Below, piece after piece: positions 1 through 8,591 of a stretch of DNA of 24,734 nucleotides. The DNA is from a virus (taxonomy: Duplodnaviria; Caudoviricetes). The DNA lies in the IMG/VR virus record IMGVR_UViG_3300026085_000010, positions 1 to 24,734 of that record, one strand, 5' to 3'. Position numbers and translations under genes: made by a program. The stretch's first letter is position 1. Each line of letters begins with the position of its first letter. The notes under the pieces were generated by a model. It had not been told where the DNA came from. It saw nothing but the letters and a program-made list of their open reading frames with translations, and did no database searches.

Positions 1-23
1 GTTGAATATAAAGGTAAACATTA

Positions 24-551
24 ATGAAAATAAAAAAAGATAGTCATTTAAGAGATAGTATGTTTTGGTACATTGTTATTGTTGCCACAATATATTTTGG
101 TATGTTAATATGGGGTGTTGCCAGAGCAGACAACCACGACTTATCAGGTAAAACATATCCTATTCCAAAAGTAGAAACAAATTTAATTACAGATAAAACT
201 GGTGATAAAGTTTATAAGATTTTAGATAAGATAGAAAAGGCAGAAACAGATAATTCTGTTTATCACAAAAAGATAGTAGAACTTGACCCTAAAAATACTG
301 GAGGTCAATATTGTTTTGTTAAAGTTATAATAAAACAAAAGGGTGATACTATTATGAAAGAAGAAGTTTTAGAGTGTGCAGATGGTAGAAAAAAGTTTGA
401 TGGACCTACCTATTGGCAACTCTTCGCAGATTTCTACTATGCCGATGTATCTACACCAGAGTATTGTAGGTATTATAGTAGACCAAAACACGTCTTTAAA
501 TCGTTCGGAAAGACGTGTCTTAAAAAGAACGGTGAATGGGAGGTACAATGA
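24..551 (+). CDS. Hypothetical exported/membrane-anchored protein (175 aa)
   Basis: ORF with SD-like AAGGT upstream, N-terminal hydrophobic segment (MFWYIVIVATIYFGMLIWGVARA) and four Cys; stop overlaps next ATG (ATGA). Confidence 0.75.
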   Translation: MKIKKDSHLRDSMFWYIVIVATIYFGMLIWGVARADNHDLSGKTYPIPKVETNLITDKTGDKVYKILDKIEKAETDNSVYHKKIVELDPKNTGGQYCFVKVIIKQKGDTIMKEEVLECADGRKKFDGPTYWQLFADFYYADVSTPEYCRYYSRPKHVFKSFGKTCLKKNGEWEVQ

Positions 552-691
552 TAAGAAATATCATTATTCTATGTCTTCTTTCAGTCATAGTCCTAGATTT
601 ATCTATGGCAGAGTCATTAGGTTATCTACAATCTGGACTTGACTTTTTGAAGGAAACCCTATATGATATAGAGAGGAGTGTGAAAAAGTAA
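548..691 (+). CDS. Small hydrophobic protein (47 aa, MIRNIIILCLLSVIVLDLSMAESLGYLQSGLDFLKETLYDIERSVKK), not in ORF track
   Basis: Read manually. GGAGG SD upstream, ATGA overlap with the previous gene and TAATG overlap with the next. Confidence 0.7.
   Translation: MIRNIIILCLLSVIVLDLSMAESLGYLQSGLDFLKETLYDIERSVKK
639..667 (+). promoter_or_regulatory. Sigma70-type early promoter
   Basis: TTGACT (639-644), 17 nt, TATGAT (662-667), then SD AGGAG before the ATG at 691. Confidence 0.65.
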
Positions 692-1320
692 TGAAAAACT
701 ATATCAAAATTGTGGGTATAATTGCAATGTCAGTATTACTGGCTAATTGTTCTACTCACTACAACATTAAATCTGAAAAAGGTAAAGTGTTGAATAAAGT
801 GCCAAACTGGTATATGGCAGACTATTCTGAAAGAAAAGCCTGTGATACTGCGAGATTTGGTAAGGGCAAAGATAAGTTATGTATCTTTGGAGTTGGTACT
901 GCTGTTTCACCTGATCTAAACTTGGCTATTGAAAAGGCAAAGATGATTGCCAAAGCGGAAATGGCTGATATTATAAAAGGTGAAATGAACAAAGAGTCTA
1001 AACAGTTTATTACCGAGTTAGGTAAGACACATACAAAGACTATTGTATCAGAAGTGGAATCAACAATCGTAAACGTAATCAAAGACACACCAGTTAGAGG
1101 TTATGAAATCTTTGAACAGGATGTTACAATGACTAATCAAAAGTATTATAGAGCTTGGGTTGGTTTAAGATTACCTTTAGGCGAATACAATAAGATGTAT
1201 AATTTCACAATATCAGAAGCAGTTGACGCTTACAATCTAAAAGAGAAAGCACAAATTGCTTACGATAAATTGATGTCTAAAAAAGAGGAAAAAACTACAG
1301 ATGGAAATAATAGTTTATAG
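691..1320 (+). CDS. Lipoprotein, LPP20-like
   Basis: Lipobox LLANC; the VPNWY...GVGTAVSPDLNLAIEKAKMIAKAEMA pattern resembles LPP20-family lipoproteins. Confidence 0.65.
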   Translation: MKNYIKIVGIIAMSVLLANCSTHYNIKSEKGKVLNKVPNWYMADYSERKACDTARFGKGKDKLCIFGVGTAVSPDLNLAIEKAKMIAKAEMADIIKGEMNKESKQFITELGKTHTKTIVSEVESTIVNVIKDTPVRGYEIFEQDVTMTNQKYYRAWVGLRLPLGEYNKMYNFTISEAVDAYNLKEKAQIAYDKLMSKKEEKTTDGNNSL

Positions 1321-1564
1321 TAAACTAAACTGTGGTTACTGTGTTAAGGCCAAGACCTTACTAAAGAACCTTGGCCTTAACTTTACAGAGAAGAAGTTAG
1401 AAGAATTTTCAAGTGTTGACGCACTATTAGAAGATATTGGTAAAAAGGTTAGATCAATGCCTCAAATAAAAATTGATGGTGAACTAATTGGCGGTTATAA
1501 TCAATTAGTAGAATATTTTGAAAAACAAGGAAAGGTAAACTTTAAGGGTGATCTCATTGACTAA
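1301..1564 (+). CDS. Glutaredoxin (NrdC/NrdH-like)
   Basis: YSKLNCGYCVKAK active site, SMPQI cis-Pro motif, IGGY motif. Confidence 0.93.
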   Translation: MEIIVYSKLNCGYCVKAKTLLKNLGLNFTEKKLEEFSSVDALLEDIGKKVRSMPQIKIDGELIGGYNQLVEYFEKQGKVNFKGDLID

Positions 1565-2036
1565 AGATAAAGATGAAAATATAGTTTTGTTTCCACTTAA
1601 TAAAATTGTTAATCCTGGTAAAGTAGGAAATAGACAAAATAGTAATGAGATAGCATTACAACAAACTAAAAAATTTGTTGAGACTGCAGTTGACGATATT
1701 GCAATGAACTTATTAAAAGCATTTGTTGATCTAGCTATAAAGTCAGAGAAACATACGTTTACAAAAGACTTGGCGTTGTTAATAGATTGTTTAAGAGGTT
1801 TAATTTATAGAGATTTTGGTGTCGCTCATCCAGCTCAAAAGTTATCAGATAAAATGGTAGCATTGAGAGTAAATAGAAACGGTACTACAACAGCAAAACT
1901 TAATTATGGTGCTGTGTTACCTACGGTACAAAGAGCAGAGAAACCTTTGTCCAATGAAATGAAAGAAGAGTTAAAAGATTTACAGGATGGCGGTGGTATA
2001 TTTAAAGGTGATGATTTACCAGATGACACCAAGTAA
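1557..2036 (+). CDS. Hypothetical protein
   Basis: Long ORF; start is TTG 1557 or GTG 1548; no recognisable motif. Confidence 0.7.
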   Translation: MTKDKDENIVLFPLNKIVNPGKVGNRQNSNEIALQQTKKFVETAVDDIAMNLLKAFVDLAIKSEKHTFTKDLALLIDCLRGLIYRDFGVAHPAQKLSDKMVALRVNRNGTTTAKLNYGAVLPTVQRAEKPLSNEMKEELKDLQDGGGIFKGDDLPDDTK

Positions 2037-2099
2037 CAAAATTCCCAATGGAATCGCCTTAACAGGTAGTAAAATAGTTATTGAAAAGGAGAATATATA

Positions 2100-2495
2100 A
2101 TGTTAAATTATATTAAATCATTGTTCGTAAAAGACGAACTTGTAACTGTTGGAACTAGAAAGAAAGCAGTTGCTGAAACTAGAGGAAGAAAAACTTTATC
2201 TAAAAAACAAAAAGTTTTAAATCTTCTTCAAAAAGGTGAGAAAGTTGCGTGGACTACTTTAAGAAGTAGATTCGACTTAACTTCTCCTAGAGCTATGGTA
2301 GATACTTTAAGAGCTGAAGGCTATATGGTCTATGGTTTAAAAGGTAGAAACGATAGAACTTACTACAGAATTGGAACTCCAACTAGAGCGATTATCGCTG
2401 CTGGAATCCAAAAATTGTATGGCACTCCATACAAATATGACAACCACGTTGTCAGAGTAAAGAAGTCGGATTTAAATCCGATTGATGCTCAGTAA
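2100..2495 (+). CDS. Basic winged-helix-like nucleic-acid-binding protein
   Basis: Strong SD AAGGAG; KKQKVLNLLQKGE...LRSRFDLTSPRAMVDTLRAEGYMVY resembles a winged HTH. Confidence 0.6.
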   Translation: MLNYIKSLFVKDELVTVGTRKKAVAETRGRKTLSKKQKVLNLLQKGEKVAWTTLRSRFDLTSPRAMVDTLRAEGYMVYGLKGRNDRTYYRIGTPTRAIIAAGIQKLYGTPYKYDNHVVRVKKSDLNPIDAQ

Positions 2496-2506
2496 TCACG
2501 GTAAAG

Positions 2507-2534
2507 GTGGGCGCTACGGCGCCCACTGATTTTC
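2507..2534 (+). terminator. Intrinsic terminator or stabilising hairpin with C(UACG)G tetraloop
   Basis: GTGGGCGC-TACG-GCGCCCAC (2507-2526) followed by TGATTTT; UNCG tetraloops are typical of T4-like intergenic hairpins. Confidence 0.75.
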
Positions 2535-2536
2535 AT

Positions 2537-3355
2537 ATGATTGATAAACTTCTTATAGACCACATAGACAAATATAGTAAAGACACAGATGTTGCTGTAT
2601 TATTATCTGGTGGGGTAGATAGTTTATCTGTCGCATTCGCAGCAAAGAGATTAGGTAAAAGAATAACTGCATATAGTTTTTATTTAAAAGGCAATATGAG
2701 TTATGACGCAAAGAAAGCCGCAGAAGTCGCTGTTAGAGAGAATTGGAAATTAAAACTAATTCCAATACCTTTAGATACATTAGAAAAAGATTTTATAAGA
2801 TTAGCCAAAGATATAGAATGTCAAAAGAAAACTCATTTTGAATGTTGTTTTCCATTTTTACATATCTATCCAAAGATAGAAGAGGAAGAAGTTTTAAGTG
2901 GTTGGGCAGCAGATGGTTACTATGGTATAAGTAAGAAAGCAATTTTACATTATACAAAAGGAAAATCAAAAGAAAAGTTTGATGAGTTTAGAAAGAATTA
3001 TTTTGATGTTAACAATAGAGCAGGTTATAATTGGCATCATAGAATAGCAATACAACATAATAAAAATTTTATAACACCATACTTGGATGAGAAAGTTACA
3101 AAATTCTTTTGGGAAAAAGATTGGTACGAGTTAAATCAACCATTTCAAAAACACCACGTTGTTACAGCGTTTGAAGAGTTTAAGAAATACAAATTTAAGA
3201 AACATATAAATTTACAACTAGGTTCTGGAATTGACAAACACTTTGAAACATTAATAGATAATAAAAGAATAAACTTAAAAAATAGATTGAGAGTAATGGA
3301 TATATGCAGAGATTGGGCAAAGGCGTGTCAAAGCGTAGCAACACTACCAGTATAA
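2537..3355 (+). CDS. Asparagine-synthase-like PP-loop amide ligase (synthetase domain only)
   Basis: VAVLLSGGVDS PP-loop; VLSGWAADGYYG matches AsnB VLSGEGADELFG; TPYLD matches RxPFLD. ATG 2537 preferred because GTG 2507 lies in the hairpin. Confidence 0.8.
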   Translation: MIDKLLIDHIDKYSKDTDVAVLLSGGVDSLSVAFAAKRLGKRITAYSFYLKGNMSYDAKKAAEVAVRENWKLKLIPIPLDTLEKDFIRLAKDIECQKKTHFECCFPFLHIYPKIEEEEVLSGWAADGYYGISKKAILHYTKGKSKEKFDEFRKNYFDVNNRAGYNWHHRIAIQHNKNFITPYLDEKVTKFFWEKDWYELNQPFQKHHVVTAFEEFKKYKFKKHINLQLGSGIDKHFETLIDNKRINLKNRLRVMDICRDWAKACQSVATLPV

Positions 3356-3477
3356 AGAAATCAGAGTACGAAGATTTAGCAACTTGTATTAGAAGCGATC
3401 AAGTACCTGCTGGTTTAATTGCTGAATATTTTGAAGACAAACCATTTTATAAATGGTATAAGAAAAAATATCTATGA
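3304..3477 (+). CDS. Small hypothetical protein (up to 57 aa; ...EYEDLATCIRSDQVPAGLIAEYFEDKPFYKWYKKKYL), not in ORF track
   Basis: Read manually; fills the gap and ends in an ATGA overlap. Start uncertain (ATG 3304 or GTG 3325). Confidence 0.6.
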   Translation: MQRLGKGVSKRSNTTSIKKSEYEDLATCIRSDQVPAGLIAEYFEDKPFYKWYKKKYL

Positions 3478-3641
3478 CACTTGAATACGGATTGTTATTA
3501 GGTATTATAGGAACTACATTAACGGTAATAGGATTTTTTATTGCGTTATCTGTGGGTGCAAGAATAATAGAAAAAGAAAAAAGACAAAAAGAATTAGAAG
3601 AAAAAGAAAAGGAAAATCCAGTTTACGGATTATTTAAATGA
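3474..3641 (+). CDS. Small single-pass membrane protein (55 aa, MTLEYGLLLGIIGTTLTVIGFFIALSVGARIIEKEKRQKELEEKEKENPVYGLFK)
   Basis: Read manually; ATGA overlaps at both ends; one TM helix plus a charged tail. Confidence 0.7.
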   Translation: MTLEYGLLLGIIGTTLTVIGFFIALSVGARIIEKEKRQKELEEKEKENPVYGLFK

Positions 3642-4483
3642 TACTAGTAGACCTAAATCAAGTTTTAATATCAAACCTTATGGCACAAACCAGAGGTAAG
3701 ACAGATGATCTTAACAAAGATATGATAAGATTAATGGTATTAAATTCTATAAGAGGTTACAATATAAAATTTGGAAATGAGTATGGTAAACAAGTATTGT
3801 GTGCTGATGGAGCAGATCCTTGGAGAAGGACACTATTTCCACACTACAAATATCAAAGACGTAAAGGTAGAGAAGATTCAGATAAGAATTGGGACAACAT
3901 ATTTCAAACTATTGCAGATATAAGAAATGAAATAGCAGATAACTTTCCATACGTAGTATTACACAAAGATGGAATTGAAGCAGATGATATAATTGCTGTT
4001 CTTACAAAAGAACATTATAAAGATGAAAAGATTTTGATAGTTTCTGGTGATAAAGACTTTATACAATTACAAAAATATAAGAATGTAAAACAGTATAGTC
4101 CTATTCAAAAGAAATTTGTAGGGGAAGATTTAGACCCTATAAAATTCTTACACGAACAAGTAATAAAAGGTGATAGATCAGATGGCATACCAAACATATT
4201 AAGTCCAGATGATATATTTGTTACGGGTGAGAAACAAAGACCTATTAATAAGAAACGATTAGAAGAGTGGAGTAATATAAAAGATATACCACTAGGAAGT
4301 GAAACGAGGAAGTATTATAATAGGAATAAAAAATTGATAGACTTGGACTTAATTCCTGGTCTTATATATAATGATATAAAGAATATGTTTATAAAGTATG
4401 AAGTTAAGAACAGGTCGCAACTGTTAGATTACTTCATAAAGAATAAACTAAAGTCGTTGATTGATAAGATTAATGATTTTTGA
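3638..4483 (+). CDS. rnh: T4-type RNase H (5'-3' exonuclease, FEN family)
   Basis: MILVDLNQ, WRR...YK..RRK.R, EADDII, IVSGDKDFIQL, KGDRSDGIPNI motifs. Confidence 0.95.
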   Translation: MILVDLNQVLISNLMAQTRGKTDDLNKDMIRLMVLNSIRGYNIKFGNEYGKQVLCADGADPWRRTLFPHYKYQRRKGREDSDKNWDNIFQTIADIRNEIADNFPYVVLHKDGIEADDIIAVLTKEHYKDEKILIVSGDKDFIQLQKYKNVKQYSPIQKKFVGEDLDPIKFLHEQVIKGDRSDGIPNILSPDDIFVTGEKQRPINKKRLEEWSNIKDIPLGSETRKYYNRNKKLIDLDLIPGLIYNDIKNMFIKYEVKNRSQLLDYFIKNKLKSLIDKINDF

Positions 4484-4505
4484 ACAATATATATTGGAGT
4501 AAATT

Positions 4506-5006
4506 ATGGCACAAAATAACGCATTATCAAAGTCAGCTTTAGCCGCAATGGCAACAAGCACAAGTAGTGCGCCTTTAGTAAGTGAAATCTTTACGAAGAT
4601 AAACAACGCCAAAGACAAACCTAAAAAGATAGAGATACTTAAGCAGAACGATAGTCCTGCGATGAGACAAATTCTTAAAGGTGCTTTTGATCCAAAGATA
4701 CAATGGGATTTACCAGAGGGTGACCCACCGTATATTGCGAATGAAGCTCCTGCGGGAACAGAACATACCTATCTTCTACAAGAAGCCAAAAGATTATGGC
4801 ACTTTGTAGAGGGCGCTGATCCACAATTAAACAAGTTGAAAAAAGAAACTTTGTTTATACAAATGTTGGAAGGTCTTCACCAAGATGAAGCTAAAGTATT
4901 ACTTGCAGTCAAAAATAAAAATTTAAATAAATTTTATAAAGGATTAACTGGCTCTATGGTTATAGAGGCATTTGATTGGACTGACGAGTTTCAAAAAAAG
5001 GCGTAG
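4506..5006 (+). CDS. Conserved T4-like phage hypothetical protein
   Basis: SD GGAG; FDPKIQWDLPEGDPPY and KKETLFIQMLEGLHQDEA match a family I recognise next to rnh in marine T4-like phages. Confidence 0.75.
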   Translation: MAQNNALSKSALAAMATSTSSAPLVSEIFTKINNAKDKPKKIEILKQNDSPAMRQILKGAFDPKIQWDLPEGDPPYIANEAPAGTEHTYLLQEAKRLWHFVEGADPQLNKLKKETLFIQMLEGLHQDEAKVLLAVKNKNLNKFYKGLTGSMVIEAFDWTDEFQKKA

Positions 5007-5017
5007 AATCACTTTAA

Positions 5018-5050
5018 TTTTAGGGGGGATTATTTGTATCCCCCTTAAAA
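5018..5050. terminator. Hairpin, putative terminator
   Basis: TTTTAGGGGGGAT-7 nt-ATCCCCCTTAAAA, 13 bp with one G.U pair, immediately after a stop codon. Confidence 0.65.
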
Positions 5051-5078
5051 ACCCCTTATTTTATTACATTATTAACTA

Positions 5079-5112
5079 TTGACATTTTCACTCAATCCGT
5101 ATAGAATAAATA
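5079..5112 (+). promoter_or_regulatory. Sigma70-type promoter overlapping a late-like box
   Basis: TTGACA (5079-5084), 17 nt, TAGAAT (5102-5107); AATAAATA at 5105-5112. Confidence 0.7.
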
Positions 5113-5135
5113 GTATAGAAAGTGAGAGGTATATT

Positions 5136-5465
5136 ATGAAAAAACTAATGACTATATTAATGTTGGCGACACTTTGGGCCTTTTTAAATATGGGTTTCAA
5201 TTTGGCCAATGCGAATGAGAGAACAGAGGCAACTGTTGGACACGTTATTCAGTCTAAAGCGAATGGTACTAACGTAGATGTCTCTAAATTGTTTGAGCAT
5301 GAAATGGAAAAAATTGCTCACGAATTTGCTCTAAACTCAATTAGTATTATGCAACAATACTTACCATACTTGTTAGAACAAGTTATGGCTGATATGAGAA
5401 TGAAAGCAGATACAAAGTATAAGTGTAAATTACTTAAAGGCGGTACATACGAATGCAAACAGTAA
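5136..5465 (+). CDS. Secreted hypothetical protein (109 aa)
   Basis: SD GAGG before ATG 5136; signal peptide MKKLMTILMLATLWAFLNMGFNLANA. The track's TTG 5079 is the -35 box. Confidence 0.75.
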   Translation: MKKLMTILMLATLWAFLNMGFNLANANERTEATVGHVIQSKANGTNVDVSKLFEHEMEKIAHEFALNSISIMQQYLPYLLEQVMADMRMKADTKYKCKLLKGGTYECKQ

Positions 5466-5614
5466 CTTACATACACGAATTTTTACAGTGGGTGTATCAA
5501 TACATCCCTAAAGATTTGTTAATTATAATTATGGCTGGCCTCACAGTAGGTCTTTGGGAAACTTATAGACAACATAAGAGAGAGAAATGGCAGTCACACA
5601 AAAGAAAAAACTGA
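5453..5614 (+). CDS. Small membrane protein (53 aa, MQTVTYIHEFLQWVYQYIPKDLLIIIMAGLTVGLWETYRQHKREKWQSHKRKN)
   Basis: Read manually; fills the gap; hydrophobic stretch plus basic tail. Confidence 0.6.
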   Translation: MQTVTYIHEFLQWVYQYIPKDLLIIIMAGLTVGLWETYRQHKREKWQSHKRKN

Positions 5615-6000
5615 TGATAAAAAAACGTCTCAAAGAAGATTTATCTTTTAGTAAATCTCTTTATAATACAACCTATAAAGATATTAAACGATACTTTAAG
5701 ATTATCAATGAGGCAGTTTTTGATAACTTGTTATCACCGTTTGCTGATGTTGAGATTAAAGATTTGGCTAGACAGAAATGTATTGGTCAAGTTATAATCC
5801 AAGAGTGGAAAAGAAAAGGTACCAGACAATACAAATTAGAAATGTTACCACAATACAAAACCAAAAAAGAGTTTGTGGATACATTGGCACACGAAATGGT
5901 ACACCTATATCAAATGGCAAATTTAGGTGACACAGGTAATCACAATACCTTGTTTTATAGTTTTAGACCAAAACTAAAACAATTCGGATTATCATTATAA
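5587..6000 (+). CDS. SprT-like zinc metalloprotease
   Basis: F..IN..VFDN.L start, DTLAHEMVHLYQ (HExxH), downstream H...F. Confidence 0.85.
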   Translation: MAVTQKKKLMIKKRLKEDLSFSKSLYNTTYKDIKRYFKIINEAVFDNLLSPFADVEIKDLARQKCIGQVIIQEWKRKGTRQYKLEMLPQYKTKKEFVDTLAHEMVHLYQMANLGDTGNHNTLFYSFRPKLKQFGLSL

Positions 6001-6016
6001 TTTAGAAAGATATATT

Positions 6017-6325
6017 ATGACAGAAGTGAGAAGAAAAGTAAAAGAATTAGATCATTGGTTAAAAGACAAAATTGTAAATTCAATAACTGATGTTTCAAAA
6101 TACCTAGAGTCAAACGATAAAAAACCTCATTTATACTACACAGGAAACTTTCAAAAAGATGTGTTAGATAATTACACAGAGAGACAATCAAATAAAATAT
6201 TTAAGAAGTTTAGGAAATTACAATCTGTTCCTAATGTTATATTTTATCAAAAGAAATCAATTAAGTTTAAAGACGCAGATGGTGATGAGTGGTCTGGTTA
6301 TGATTATTACGTGAGGAAGATATGA
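6017..6325 (+). CDS. Hypothetical protein
   Basis: ORF coupled to the next gene by ATGA. Confidence 0.7.
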   Translation: MTEVRRKVKELDHWLKDKIVNSITDVSKYLESNDKKPHLYYTGNFQKDVLDNYTERQSNKIFKKFRKLQSVPNVIFYQKKSIKFKDADGDEWSGYDYYVRKI

Positions 6326-7095
6326 TTAAAAAATTAGATAAACAAGAAGTTAAGTATCCAGTATGGAAAAAATGGTTATGGAGTATATTTGCTTTAATAG
6401 TAATGTTTGTTGCTGGTTCGTTTTATCCAAATCCATACACCAAACACGTAATCAAAGTAGAAGTAGAATCACACTATACAAATTGGGCAAACAAATTAGG
6501 TTTAAATGAACCACCATTTGCTTATAATAATGATGTACAATTTGTTAAAGCATTAAACAAGTGTATTGATTATATAAATTTTGAAACACCTAGAATGCAA
6601 AGAGTACCTACAGAAATGATTGTTGCTCAAGCCGCATTAGAGTCAGGTTGGGGTACAAGTAGATTTGCGCAAGAAGGAAATAATCTATTTGGTATTAGAA
6701 CGTGGGGCGATCATCCTGGTATGTTACCAATAGGTTTTCCTAAAAATAATCCTTGGCGTGTTAGAATATTTGACACTAAATGCGACAGTGTAAAAGAATA
6801 TGTAAGATTATTAAATGAACATTCAGCATACGAAGACTTTAGAAGTATGAGAACAAAGATGTTAATATTGAATGAACAGTTAGACCCTATTAGATTAATT
6901 ACAACGTTAACAAAATTTTCTACAACTCCAGATTATGCTGATAGAGTTATTACAATAATAGAAAAAATAAGAACGTTTGAAGAAGCTATTGTTACCGACA
7001 AAGGTGTCAATAAGGTTGTCAAAGAAGTACCTAAAAAAGAAGAAAAATCTAACGATACTTTACCAAAGAAAAAACCTGAAGACTTAAATAAATAA
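6322..7095 (+). CDS. Membrane-anchored GH73 glucosaminidase/muramidase (FlgJ/Bax-like)
   Basis: IVAQAALESGWGTSRFA..GNNLFGI and FSTTPDY motifs; N-terminal TM WLWSIFALIVMFVAG. Confidence 0.9.
   Translation: MIKKLDKQEVKYPVWKKWLWSIFALIVMFVAGSFYPNPYTKHVIKVEVESHYTNWANKLGLNEPPFAYNNDVQFVKALNKCIDYINFETPRMQRVPTEMIVAQAALESGWGTSRFAQEGNNLFGIRTWGDHPGMLPIGFPKNNPWRVRIFDTKCDSVKEYVRLLNEHSAYEDFRSMRTKMLILNEQLDPIRLITTLTKFSTTPDYADRVITIIEKIRTFEEAIVTDKGVNKVVKEVPKKEEKSNDTLPKKKPEDLNK
7087..7094 (+). promoter_or_regulatory. T4 late-promoter variant AATAAATA
   Basis: One mismatch to TATAAATA, 5 nt before ATG 7100. Confidence 0.45.
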
Positions 7096-7099
7096 TATT

Positions 7100-8164
7100 A
7101 TGTTTTTAACACTATTAACATTTTTATCAGCAATATCAATATCTTTAATTGCTGCGGGTTATTCTATCATAGGACTAGCAACATTATTTGCTGGTGCTGC
7201 GATGCCTATTATTGCTATGGGTTCAGCACTAGAGATTGGTAAATTAGTAGCGGCCAGTTGGTTATATAACAATTGGGGAAATAGTTTTGTACCAAAAACA
7301 TTAAAGGCATATCTATTTTCTGCTATCATAGTTTTAATATTCATAACATCTATGGGTATCTTTGGTTTCTTATCAAAGGCACACCTAGATCAAGTTAAAC
7401 CAACATCAAGTAACTCAATCAAAATAGAAGTAATAGATAATCAAATTAAACAACAAAATACAATTATCACTAGAGCAGAAAATACATTAGAACAATTAGA
7501 TAGAACTTTAGAGGTATATGTTAAGAACGAGTATGCTACTCGTATGTTAAGAGAACGTAAGAAACAAGAAGCAGAAAGAACAGAATTAAATAACGCAATT
7601 AAGAACGCAACAAATGAGATTGCTAAACTTACAGATGAAAAGGCAAGTTTACAATTAGCACAGGATAAGATTGAAGCAGAGGTTGGTCCAATCAAATATA
7701 TCGCTGAATTGATATATGGTGATGATGCTAAAAGTCATTTTGATGAGGCGGTTAGAATTGTAATCTTAATATTAATATTTGTATTTGACCCATTAGCTGT
7801 ATTATTATTGATTGCGGCTAACATATCTTTAAGAACTATAAGAGAACGTAAAGAAAAGAATAAAAAATTTGATGAGAAGAAGATTAGAGACCAAAACAAA
7901 AAATTATCAGATAAGAATAAAGAGATAGCAGAGAAGTTAAAATCATATACTAGTTTCTTTGAGAAGTTAGGTAAAAGAGATTTAAAGAATAGAGACTATG
8001 AGTCGTTTTTTAAAGAATATAATGCCAAAGATTTAGTAAAATTAGGGCTAGATCCTGATGAAATAAGATTAAAATTGGACCAAATTATGGAATGGAACGA
8101 GGGTCCTTCAAAACCACCATCAAAATACGCAGAAGTAGGGATTGACAAAAAAGACAAAACGTGA
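7100..8164 (+). CDS. Multi-pass membrane protein with a long coiled coil
   Basis: Three N-terminal hydrophobic segments (ALEIGKLVAASWL, TSMGIFGFLSKAH), coiled coil, EVGPIKYIA, then a TM (IFVFDPLAVLLLIAA). Confidence 0.8.
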   Translation: MFLTLLTFLSAISISLIAAGYSIIGLATLFAGAAMPIIAMGSALEIGKLVAASWLYNNWGNSFVPKTLKAYLFSAIIVLIFITSMGIFGFLSKAHLDQVKPTSSNSIKIEVIDNQIKQQNTIITRAENTLEQLDRTLEVYVKNEYATRMLRERKKQEAERTELNNAIKNATNEIAKLTDEKASLQLAQDKIEAEVGPIKYIAELIYGDDAKSHFDEAVRIVILILIFVFDPLAVLLLIAANISLRTIRERKEKNKKFDEKKIRDQNKKLSDKNKEIAEKLKSYTSFFEKLGKRDLKNRDYESFFKEYNAKDLVKLGLDPDEIRLKLDQIMEWNEGPSKPPSKYAEVGIDKKDKT

Positions 8165-8170
8165 TATATT
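8142..8170 (+). promoter_or_regulatory. Sigma70-type early promoter with extended -10
   Basis: TTGACA (8142-8147), 17 nt ending TGA, TATATT (8165-8170). Shares ACGTGATATATTAGAT with the 11050 promoter. Confidence 0.8.
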
Positions 8171-8175
8171 AGATT

Positions 8176-8364
8176 ATGATTATTATGATAACTGAAGAAG
8201 ATTTAAAACGTCTGTATTCCACAGAGAAACAGGAAAAACTAATTAAAGGCGCAGAACAAACATCCTTAAATGCTCAAAGTAATTGGGCAAGAAACTATTG
8301 GTATGGTGTATATAAAACACTATGTAAAAAATGGGGTAGAATGGATTTATTCTTAAAGAACTAA
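8176..8364 (+). CDS. Hypothetical protein
   Basis: Directly after the promoter; TAATG coupling to the next gene; start 8176 or 8185. Confidence 0.65.
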   Translation: MIIMITEEDLKRLYSTEKQEKLIKGAEQTSLNAQSNWARNYWYGVYKTLCKKWGRMDLFLKN

Positions 8365-8591
8365 TGACTGAATTTAGAAATGGTATATATAGAACACTTG
8401 GTACACTTGTAACAACAAGTATTGGTAGAGCGATTGTATATACTATTGGACACATTATTATTGCTATGACTTGTAATAGAATAATTACTGGAGCAGACTG
8501 GCGACTTGCTGGTGTTGACGCTTTAGTAGAACCAATGATAAATGGTGTATGGTATTATGCACTTGATAAAATGTGGAGTACAAAAAAATGA
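8364..8591 (+). CDS. Small membrane protein, DUF2061-like
   Basis: RAIVYTIGHIIIA...ALVEPMINGVWYYALDKMW pattern resembles DUF2061. Confidence 0.65.
   Translation: MTEFRNGIYRTLGTLVTTSIGRAIVYTIGHIIIAMTCNRIITGADWRLAGVDALVEPMINGVWYYALDKMWSTKK

Noticed and set aside
376-642. Alternate-frame + ORFs 376..642 and 24312..24518
   Set aside because: Short, overlapping better-supported genes, and without the codon-level stop avoidance I saw in gp59.
2043-2090. Resemblance to a fluoride (crcB) riboswitch (AATGG..TCGCC TTAAC...GTTATTGA)
   Set aside because: The 5' P1 strand (GGYGA) is replaced by CCCAA and the 3' pseudoknot strand is missing.
3231-3260. TTGACA inside the asparagine-synthase-like gene as a promoter
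   Set aside because: No -10 box at 17-nt spacing.
2537-3641. QueC or lasso-peptide cluster
   Set aside because: No QueC C-terminal zinc Cys cluster and no queD/queE/folE; no lasso peptidase or RRE gene; the small ORFs lack convincing precursor features.
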